A stretch of 64,000 nt of DNA from the human T2T-CHM13v2.0 reference genome, Homo sapiens. The notes under the pieces are model-generated. The model worked only from the letters and a program-made list of their open reading frames with translations. It ran no database searches and was not told the DNA's origin. Positions 53,301 through 64,000 of this stretch are shown in pieces. The stretch lies in assembly GCF_009914755.1 (NCBI RefSeq), contig NC_060939.1. The stretch is one strand, 5' to 3'. Made by a program: the position numbers and the translations under genes. Position 1 is the first letter of the stretch; the number at the start of each line of letters is the position of its first letter.

Positions 53301-56300
53301 TGAACGCACACATAACAAAGAAGTTTCTGAGAATGCATCCTTGTAGTTTTTATGGGAAGATATCTCCTTTTCCACCATCGGCCACTTATGGCTCAAAGTA
53401 TCCACTTTGAGATTCTATGAAAAGAGTGTTTCAAAACATTACAATCTAATGCAATATTCAAAACTGTGAGATGAATGCACACATTAGAAAGAAGTTTCTC
53501 AGAATGCTTCTGTGTAGTTTTTAGGTGAAGATATTTCCTTTTCCACCATAGGCAACAAAGGGCTCCAATTTTGCACTTGGAGATTCTACATAAAGAGAGT
53601 TTCAAAACTGCTCTATGAAAAGATGGGTTCAGCTCTGTGAGTTGAATGCACACATCACAAAGAAGTTTCTCAGAATGCTTCTGTGTATTTTTTGTGTGAA
53701 GATATTTCCTTTTCCACAATGGACCTCGAAGTGCTCCAAATATCCACTTGTAGAATCTACAAAAGAGTGTTTCAAAACTGCTCAATAAATTGAAATGTTC
53801 AAGTCTGTCAGGTAAATGCACACATCAGTAAGAAGTTTCTCAGAATGCATCTGTGTAGTTTTTATGGGAAGATATTTTATTTTTCACAATCAGCCACAAA
53901 TGGCTCCAAATAACCACCTGCAGTTTCTACAAAAAGAGAGTTTCAAAACTGCTCTATCAAAAGATAAGTTAAACTCGGCGAGTTGAATGCACACATCACA
54001 AAGAAGTTTCACAGAATGCTTCTGTGTAGTTTTTATGGGAAGATATTTCCTTTTCCACCATAAGCCTCAAAGCACTCCAAATATCCACTTGGAGAATAAA
54101 ATAAAAAAGAGTGTTTCACAACTGATCAATGAATTGCAAGGTTCAACTCTGTGAGATGAATACACACATCACAAAGAAGTTACTTCTAATGCTTCTGGGT
54201 CGTTTTTATGGAAAGATATTTCGTTCTCCACCACTGGCCACAAAGAGCTCCAAATAACCAATTGCAGATTCAACAAAAAGAGAGTTTCAAAACTGCTCTA
54301 TCAAAAGAAATATTCAACTTTGCGAGTTGAATGCACACATCACAAAGAAGATTCTCAGAATGCTTCTGTGTAGTTTTTATGTGAAAATATTAGTTTTTCC
54401 GGGTTTCAAAACTGCTCTATGAATAGATAGGTTCAACTCTCTTAGATGAATGCACACATCAGGAAGAAGTTTCTCAGAATTCTTCCGTGTAGTTTTTTTG
54501 TGAAGATATTTTTTATTCCACTGCAGGCCTCAAAGCACTCCAAATATCCACTTGCAGTTTCTACAAAAAGAGTGTCTAAAAACTGCTCAATCAAGAGAAA
54601 ATTTCAAATGTGTGAGATGCATGCACACATCACAAAGAAGTTTCTAAGAATGCTTCTGTTTAGTTTTTATGTGAAGATATTTCCTTTTACACCAGATGCC
54701 TCAATGCACTCCAAATATTCACTTGCAGATTCTACAAAAAGAGTGTTTCCAAACTGCTCAAACAATAGAAAGGTACAACTCTGTCAGATTAATGCACACA
54801 TCACATAGATGTTTCTCAGAATGCTTCTGTGTAGTTTTTATGTGAAGATATTTCCTTTTCCACAATAGGCCACCAAGGGCTCCAAATATCCACTTGCAGA
54901 TTCTACTAAAAGTGTGTTTCTAAACTGCTCTATCAAAAGAAAGGTTCAACTCTGTGTGATGAATGCATACAACTCAAACAAGTTTCTCAGAATGCTTCTC
55001 TGTAGTTTTTATGTGAAGATATTTCCTTTTCCACCATAGGTCTCAAATCGCTCCAAATATCCACTTGCAGATTCCATAAAAAATGTGTTTCAAAGCTACT
55101 CAATCAATAGAAACGTGCAACTCTGAGTGATGAATGCACACATCACAAAGATGTTTGTCAGAATGTTTCTGTGTAGTTTTTATGTGAAGATATTTCCTTT
55201 TCCAGTATAGGCCGCAAATGCCTCCGAATATCCACTTGCAGACTCTACACCAAGAGAGTTTCAAAATTGGTCTATGAAAAGATAGGTTCAACTCTGTGAG
55301 TTTAATGCACACATCACAAAGTAGTTTCTCAGAATGCTTCTGTGTAGTTTTTAAGTGAAGATATTTCCTTTTCCACAATAGGCCACAAAGTTCTCCAAAT
55401 GTCCTCTTGCAGATTCTACAAAAATTTAGTTTCAAAACTGCTCTCTCAAAAGATAGGTTCAACTCTGTGAGATGAATGCAGACATCACAAAGAAGTTTCT
55501 CAGAATGCCTCTGTGTACTTTTTCTGTGAAGATATTTCCTTTTCCAGTTTAGGTCTCAAAGCCCTCCAAATATCCACTTGCAGATTCTACGTAAAGGTTT
55601 TTTCAAAACAGCTCAATCTATTGAAAGTTTCAACACTGTGAGATGAATGCAAACATCACAAAGAAGTTTCTCAGTATGCTTTTGTGTAATTTTTATAGGA
55701 AGATATTTCCTTTTCCTCCATCGGCCACAAAGGCCTCCCAATATCCACTTGCAGATTCTACAAAAAGAGAGTTTCAAAACTGCTCTATCTAAAGATATTT
55801 TCAACTCTGAAAGTTCAATGCAGACAACACAAAGAAGTTTCTCAGACTGCTTCTGTGTAGATTTTATGTGAAGATATTTCCTTTACCACCATAGGACCCA
55901 AAGTGCTCCACATAGCCACTTGCAGATTCTACAAAAAGAGAGATTCTAAACCACTCTAACAAAAAATAGGTTCAACTCTGTGAGTTGAATGTATACATCA
56001 CAAAGAAGTTTCTCAGAATGCTTCTGTGTAGTTGTTATGTGAAGATATTCCGCTTTCCACCATAATCCTCAAAGCGCTTCAAATATCCACTTGTAGATTC
56101 TTCAAAAAGAGGGATTCCAAACTGCTCAATCAAAAGAAATGTTCAACACTCTGAGATGAAAGCACACATCAAAAAGAAGTTTATCAGAATGTTTCTGTGC
56201 AGCTTTTATGTGAAGATATTTCCTTTTCCACAAAAGGGCGTAAAGGGCTCCAAATATCCACTTTCAGATCCTACAAAATGGGAGTTTCAAAACTGCTTCA

Positions 56301-59300
56301 CCAAAAGATAGCTTCAACTCTGTGAGTTGAAGGCACACATCATAAAGAAGTTTCTCAGAATGCTTCTGTGTTGTTTTTATGTGAAGATATTGCCTTTTCC
56401 ACAATAGGACTCAAAGCGCTCCAAATATCCACTTGCAGATTCTACAAAAAGAGTGTTTCAAAACTGGTCTATCAAGAGACTGGTTCAACACTGTGAGTTG
56501 AATGCAAACATCACAAAAAAGTTCTCAGAATGCTTCTATGTGGTTTTTATGTGAAGATATTTTTTTTCCACCTTAGGCCACAAATGGCTTCAAATATCTA
56601 CTTGAAGATTCTACAAAAAGAGAGTCTCAAAACTGCTGTATCGAAAGGTACGATCAACACTGTGAATTGAATGCACACATCACAAAAAAGTTTCTCAGAA
56701 TGCTTCTGTGTAGTTTTTATGTGAAGATATTTCCTTTTCCACCATTGGCCACAAATGGCTCCAAATATCCAGTTGCGGATTCTACAAAAAGAGAGTTTCA
56801 AAACTGCTCTATCAAAAGATAGGTTCAACTATGTGAGTTCAATTCACACTTCACTAAGAAGTTTCTCAGAAAGCTTCTGTGTAGTTTTTAGGGGAAGATA
56901 TTTCTTTTTCCACAATAGGACTCAAAACGCTCCAAATATCCAATTGCAGATTCTACAAAAAGAGTGTCTCAATACTGCTCAATTAAAACAAAGGTTCTAC
57001 TCTGAGAGGAATGGACACATCACAGAGAAGTTTCTCAGAATGCTTCTGTGTAATTTTTATGTGAAGATATTTCTTTTTCCACAAGAGGCCTCAAAGTGCT
57101 CCAAATATCCACTTACAGATTGTACAAAAAGATTTTTTCAAAGCTGCTCAATCAAAGGAAAGATTCAACTCTGTGAGATGAACGCAAACATCATAAAGAA
57201 GTGTTTCAGAATGTTTCTGTGTAGTTTGTTTGTGACGATATTTCCTTTCCCACTGCAAGCCACAAAGGGATCCAAATATCCACTTGCAGACTCTACAAAA
57301 AGAGATTTTCAAAACTGCTCATTCTAAGATAGATTCAACTCTGTGATTTGAATGCACTCAGCAATAAGAACTTTCTCAGAATGCTTCTGTGTAGTTTTTA
57401 TGTGCAGATATTTCCTTTTCCACATTACACCTCTTAGCGCTCCAAATATCCACTTGCAGATTCTAAAAAAAGAGTGGTTCAAAACTGCTGGATCAAAAGA
57501 AAAGTTTAACTCTGTGAGATGAGTGAAACTTCTCAAAAAGTTTTCTCAGAATGCTTCTGCGTAGTTTTTATGTGAAGATATTTCCTTTTCCACAATAGGC
57601 CTCAAAGCGCTCCAAATATACACTTGCAGATACTACAAAAAGTGTGTTTCAAAACTGCTCAATCAAAAGAAATGTTCAAATCTGTGTGATGAATGCACAC
57701 ATCACAGGAAACCTCTCAGAATGCTTTTGTGTAGTTTTTATGTGAATATATTTCCTTTTCTACAACAGGCCTCAAAGTGCTCCAAATATCCACTTGCAGA
57801 TTCTACAGAAAGAGTGTTTCAAAGCTCCTCAATCAAAAGAAAGCTTCAACTCTATGAGTCGATGTCTGATGCACACATCACAAAGAAGGTTCTCAGAATG
57901 CTTCTGTGTAGTTTTTATGTGGATATATTTCCTCTTCCACCTTAGGCCACAAAGGGCAACAAATATCCACTTGCAGATTCTACAAAAAGAGAGTTTCAAA
58001 TATGCTCATTCAAAAGATGGGATCAACTCTGTGACTTGAATGCACACATCACAAAGAAATGCCTCTGAATGCTTCTATGTAGTTTTTATGTGAAGATATT
58101 TGATTTTCCATAATAGGCCACAAAACACTCCAAATATCCATTTCAATATTCTACAAAAAGTGTGTTTCCAAATTGCTGAATACAAAGGAAGGTTCATCTC
58201 TGTGAGATGAATGCACACATCACAAAGCAGTTTCTCAGAATGCTTCTGTGAAGTTTTTATGGGAGGATATTTCCTTTTCCAAAATAGGCCTCAAAGCACT
58301 CCAAATGTCCTCTTGCAGATTCTACAAAAAGAGGGTTTCAAGGCTGCTCAATCAAGTGAAAGGTTCACAGCTGTGAGATGAATGCACACATCACAAATGA
58401 GTTTCTCAGAAAGTTTCTGTGTAGTTTTTATGTGAAGATATTTCCTTTTCCACCATAGGACGCAAAGGGCTCCCAATATCCACTTGCAGATTCGACATAA
58501 AGAGAGTATCGAAACTGCTCTACCAAAAGATAAGTTCAACTCTGTGAGTTGAATGCACACACCACAAAGAAGTTTCTCAGAATGCTTCTGTAGAGTTTTT
58601 ATATGAAGATGTTTCCTTTTCCACCATAGGCTGCAAAGGAATCCAAATATCCACTTGCAGATTCAACAAAAAGAGGGTTTCCAAACTGCTCAATCAAAAG
58701 AAAAGTTCAACTCTGTGAGATGAATGCACACATCACAAAGAAGTTTCTCAGAATGCTTCTGTGAAGTTTTTGTGTGAAGATATTTCCTTTTCCACCATAA
58801 GCCTCAAAGTGCTCCAAATATCCACCTGCAGATTCTACAAAAAGGGTGTTTCAAAACTCCTAAATCCAAAGAAGGCTTCAACTCTGTCAGTTGAACGCAC
58901 ACATCACAAAGAAGCTTCTCAGAATGCTTCTGTGTAGATTTATGTGAAGACATTTCCTTTTCCATAATAGGCCTCAAAGTGCTCCAAATATCCACTTGCA
59001 GATTCTGCAAAAAGAGTGTTTCCGAACTGCCCAATCAAAACAAAGTTTCAACTCTGTGAGATGAATGCACACATCATAACGGAGATTCTCAGAATGCTTC
59101 TGTGCAGTTGTTAGGTGAAGATATTTCCTTTTCCAACATAGGCCTCAAAGCGCTGCCACTATCCACGTGCAGATTCTACGAAAGTGAGTTTCAAAACTGC
59201 TCTATCAAAAGATATGTTCAAATGTAAGAGTTGAATTCACGCATCACAAAGAAGTTTCTCAGAATGCTTCTGTGCAGTTTTTATGTGAAGATGTTTCCTT

Positions 59301-59453
59301 TTCCACCATAGGCCTCAAAGCGCTCCTAATATCCACTTGCAGATAGTACAAAAAGATTGTTTCAAAACTGCTCATTCAAATGAAAGTTTCAACTCTGTGA
59401 GATGAATGCATGCATCACAAAGAAATTTCTCAGAATGCTTCTGTGTAGTTTTT
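47339..59453 (-). repeat. Alpha satellite, divergent A-box type; layer 3, inverted orientation
   Basis: Signature cttctgtgtagtttttatgtgaag and ctccaaatatccacttgcag; mixed aagataggttc..gagttgaatgc and aagaaaggttc..gagatgaatgc monomers. Confidence 0.97.
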
Positions 59454-60831
59454 TTACTTTATTATTATTATACTTCAAATTTTAGGGTACATTTCCCCAA
59501 ATTGCAGGTTAGTTACATATGTATACATGTGCCGTGTTGGCGTGCTGCATCCATTAACTCGTCACTTAGCATTAGGTATATCTCCTAAAGCTATCGCTCA
59601 CCTCTCCCCCTACCCCACAACAGTCCCCAGAGTGTGATGTTCCCCTTCCTGTGTCCATGTGTTCTCATTGTTCAATTCCCTCCTATAAGTGAGAATATGC
59701 GGTGTTTGGTTTTTTATTCTTGTGATAGTTTACTGAGGATGATGATTTCCAATTTCATCCATGTTCCTACAAAGGACATGAAGTCATCATTTTTTAAGGC
59801 TGCATAGTATTCCATGGTGTATATGTGCCACATTTTCTTAATCCAGTCTATCATTGTTGGACATTTGTGTTGGTTCCAAGTCTTTCCTATTGTGCATAGT
59901 GCCACAATAAACATACACGTGCATGTGTCTTTATAGCAAGATGATTTATAGCCTTTTGGGTATATACCCAGTAATGGAATGGCTGGGTCAAATGGTATTT
60001 CTTAGTCTAGATCCCTGAGGAATAGCCACACTGACTTCCACAATGGATGACCTAGTTTACAGTCCCACCAACAGTATAAAATTGTTCCCATTTCTCCACA
60101 TCCTCTCCAGCACCTGTTGTTTCCTGACATTTTAATGATTGCCATTCTAACTGGTGTGAGATGGTATCTCATTGTGGTTTTGATTTGCATTTCTCTGATA
60201 GCCAGTGATGGTGAGCATTTTTTCATGTGTTTTTTGGCTGCATGAATGTCTTCTTTTGAGAAGTGTCTGTTCATGTCCTTCACCCACTTTTTGATAGGGC
60301 TGTTTATCTTTTCCTCTAAATTTGTTTGAGTTCATTGCAGATTCTGGATATTATCCCTTTGTCAGATGAGTAAGTTGCCAAAATTTTCTCCATTTTGTAG
60401 GTTGTTTGTTCACTCTGCTGGTAGTTTATTTTGCTGTGCAGAAGCTCTTTAGTTTAATTATATCCCATTTGTCAATTTTGGCTTTTGTTGCCATTGCTTT
60501 TGATGTTTTAGACATGAAGTCTTTGGCCATGAATATGTCCAGAATGGTAATGCCTACGTTTTCTTCTATGGTTTTATGTCTAATGTTTAAATCTTTAATA
60601 CATCTTGAATTAATTTTTGTATAAGGTGTAAGGAAGAGATCCAGTTTCAGCTTTCCACATATGGCTAGCCAGTTTTCTCAGCACCATTAGTTGAATAGGG
60701 AATCCTGTCCCTATTGCTTGTTTTTCTCAGGTTTGTCAAAGAGCAGATAGTTATAGATATGTGGCATTATTTCTGAGGGCCCTATTCTGTTCCATTGATC
60801 TATACCTCTGTTTTGGTATCAGTACGATGCT
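59454..60831 (-). mobile_element. 5'-truncated L1PA3-like element (~1.38 kb)
   Basis: Poly-T/ttattattatac start; ORF2 pieces [23 protein letters not shown].. and MF..ALCTI.KTWNQ.KCPTMIDWIKKMW. TSD tgtgtagttttt at 59442-59453 and 60834-60845; cut site TTTT/A. Confidence 0.94.
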
Positions 60832-63800
60832 CTTGTGTAGTTTTTATGCGAAGATATTACCTTTCCCACCTTAGGCTTCAAATGGCTCCAAATATCCACA
60901 TGCAGATGCTACAAAAAGAGAGTTTCAAAACTGCTCTATCAAAAGATAGGTCCAATTTGACAGTTGAATGCACACATCAAAAGAAGTTTCTCAGAATGCT
61001 TCTGTGAAATTTTTATGTGAAGATAGTTCATTTTCCAACATAGGCCTCAAAGCGCTTCAAATATCCACTTGCAGCTTCTACAAAGAGTATTTCAAAACTG
61101 TGCAATCAAGTCAAAGGTTCAATTCTGTGAGATGAATGCACACATAACAAAGACGTTTCTCAGAATACTTCTGTGTTGTTTTTATGTGAAGATATTTCCT
61201 TTCCATGATAGGCTGCAAAGGGACCAAAACATCCACTTGCAGATTCTACAAAAAGAGAGTTTAAAAACTGCTCTATCAAAAGATAGGTTCACCTCTGTGA
61301 GTTGAATACACATATCACAAAGTACTTTCTCAGAATGCTTCTGTGTAGTTTTTATGTGAAGATATTTCCTTTTCTACCTTAGGCCAAAAAGCGCTCAAAA
61401 TATCCATTTTCATACTCTACAAAAAGAGTGTTTCAAAACTGCTAAATCAAAATAAAGGTTCAACTCTGTGAGATGAATGCACACATCACAAGAAATTTCT
61501 CAAAATGTTTCTGTGTAATTTTTTTGTGGAGATAATTCCTTTTCCATAATAGTCCTCAAAGCGCTCCAAATATCCACCCGCAGGTTCTACAAAATGACTG
61601 TTTCAAAACTGCTCAATCAAAAGAGAGGTTCAACTGTGTGATATGAATGCAACCATCACACAGAAGTTTCTCAGAGTGCTTCTCCATAGTTTTTATGTGA
61701 AAATATTTCCTTTTCCACAATAGGCCTCAAAACACTTCAAATATCCATTTGCAGATGCCTTACAAAGAGTGTTTCAAAACTGCTGTCTCAAAAGGTAGGT
61801 TCAACACTTTGAGTTGAATGTTCACATGACAAAGAAGTTTCTCAGAATGCTTCTGTGTAGTTTTAATTAGAAGATATTTCCTTTTGCCCAAAAGGCTGCA
61901 AAGGGCTCCAAATATCCACTTGCAGATTCTACAAAAAGAGAGTTTCAAAACTGCTCTATCAAAAGATAGGTTCAACTCTGTGAGATGAATGCACACATCA
62001 CAAAGAAGTGTCTTAGAATGCTTCTGTGTAGTTTTTATGTGAAGATATTTCCGTTTCCACCGTAGGCTGCAAAGGGCTCCAAATATCCACTTGCAGATTC
62101 TACAAAAAGAGAGTTTCAAAACTGCTCAATCAAATGAAGCTTCTTCTCTGTGAAATGAAGGCACACATCACAAAGAAGTTTCTCAGAATGCTTCTGGGTA
62201 GTTTTTATGTGAAGATATTTCCTTTTCCACAATAGGCCACTAAGTGCTCCAAATATTGACTTAAAGTTTCCACAAAAAGAAAGTTTCAAAACTGCTCTAT
62301 CAAAAGATAGGTTCAACTCTGTGAGTTGAATGCAAACATCACAAAGAAGTTTCTCAGAATGCTTCTGTATAGTTTTTATGTTAAGATATTTCCTTTTCCA
62401 CCATAGGCCACAAAGGAATCCAAATATCCACTTGCAAATTGTACAAAAAGAGAGTTTCAAAACTGCTCAATCAAAAGATAGGTTCAATTCTGAATGTTGA
62501 ATGCACACATCACAAAGAACTTTCTTATAATGCTGCTGTGTAGTTTTTATGTGTAGATATTACCTTTTCCACCATAATCCTCAAAGCGCTCCAAATATCC
62601 ACTTGCAGATTCTACAGAAAGAGTGTTTCAAAACTGCTTAATTCAAGGAAAGTTTCAACTCTGTTAGGTGAATGCACACATCACTATGAAGTTTCTCAGA
62701 ATGTTTTTGCGTAGTTTTTATGTGAAGATATTTCCTTTTCCACAATAGGCCCCCAAGGGCTGCAAATATCCACTTGCAGATACTACTAAAAGAGTGTTTC
62801 AAAACTGATCAATCAAATGAAAGTTTCAACTCTGTAGATAAAGGCACACATCACAAAGAAGTTTCTGAGAATGCTTCTATGTAGTTTTTATGGGAAGATA
62901 TTTTCTTTTCCACAATAGGCTTCAAAGTGCTGCAAATATCCACTTACAGATTTTACAGAAAGAGTGTTTAAAACTGCTCAATCACAGGAAATGTTCAACT
63001 CTGCGAAATGAATGTACACATTACAAAAAAGTTTGTCAGAATGCTTCTGTGTAGTTTTTATGTGAAGGTACTTTCTTTTCCACAACAGGCCTCATGCACT
63101 CCATATATCCACTTGTAGATTCTACAAAAAGAGTGTGTACAAACTGCTTAAAACACGGAAGGGTTCAACTTTGTGAGATGAATGCACACATCACAAACAA
63201 GTTTCTCAGAATGATACTGTGCAGTTTTTATGTGAATTTAATTCCTTTTCCACCATAGGCCACTAAGGGCTCCAAATATCCACTTGCAGATTCTACAAAA
63301 AGAGAGTTTCAAAAGTGCCCTATCAAAAGATAGATTAATCTCTGTGAGATGAAAACACACATCGTAAAGAAGTTTCTCATAATGCTTCTGTGTAGTTTTT
63401 ATGTGAAGGTAGTTCCTTTTCCACCATAGGCCTCAATGCGCTCCCAATATCCACCTGCAGATTCTGCAAAAAGAGTGTTTAAAAACCGCTCTATCAAATG
63501 AAAGATTTAACTATGTGAGATGAGTGCACACATCACAAAGTAGTTTCTCAGAATGCTTCGGTGTAGTTTTTATGTGAGGATATATCCTTTTCCACCATAG
63601 GCTGCAAAGGGCTCCAAATATCCATTTGCAGATTCTACAAAAAGACATTTTCAATACTGCTATATAAAAAGATAGGATAAACACTGTGAGACGTATGCAC
63701 ACATCACAAAGAAGTTTCTCAGAATGCTTCTGTGTAGTTTTTATGAGAAGATATTTAATTTTCCACCATAGGCCGCAAAGGGTTCCAAATATCCACTTGC

Positions 63801-64000
63801 AGATTCTACAAAAAGAGAGTTTAAAAACTGCTCTATCAAAAGATAGGTTCTGCTCTATGAGTTGAATGCACACATCACAAAGTAGTTTCTCAAAATGCTT
63901 CTGTGTAGTTTTAATGGAAAGATATTTCCTTTTCCACTATAGGATTCAAAACGCTCCAAATGTCCACTTCCAGATTCTACAAAAAGAGATGTTAAAAATT
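60832..64000 (-). repeat. Alpha satellite, layer 3 continued
   Basis: Same monomer signatures through the end of the window. Confidence 0.97.

Overview
Primate (human or great-ape type) pericentromeric heterochromatin with no protein-coding genes. About 42 kb is divergent, CENP-B-box-free (A-box) alpha satellite. It falls into three visibly different sequence layers and changes strand three times: at ~3590, across the pentamer block, and at ~47330. An 18.3-kb (GGAAT/GGAGT)n HSat3-like block (16157-34424) carries 22 copies of a ~65-bp Alu 3'-end cassette. Four 5'-truncated L1PA insertions sit in the alpha satellite. The most unusual object is a 0.6-kb insertion at 44324-44926. There an L1PA2-like 3' end is fused head-to-head with an internal fragment of 7SK RNA (nt ~87-241) inside a single target-site duplication. 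This geometry is what twin priming would give if the two target-DNA ends each primed on a different RNA. Also notable: a classic twin-primed L1 with a ~1.7-kb gap, an L1 with a probable mini 3' transduction, and an ancestral-to-derived gradient in the Alu/pentamer composite satellite. All listed ORFs are satellite or L1 artefacts. Identifications come from recalled consensus sequences, not database searches.
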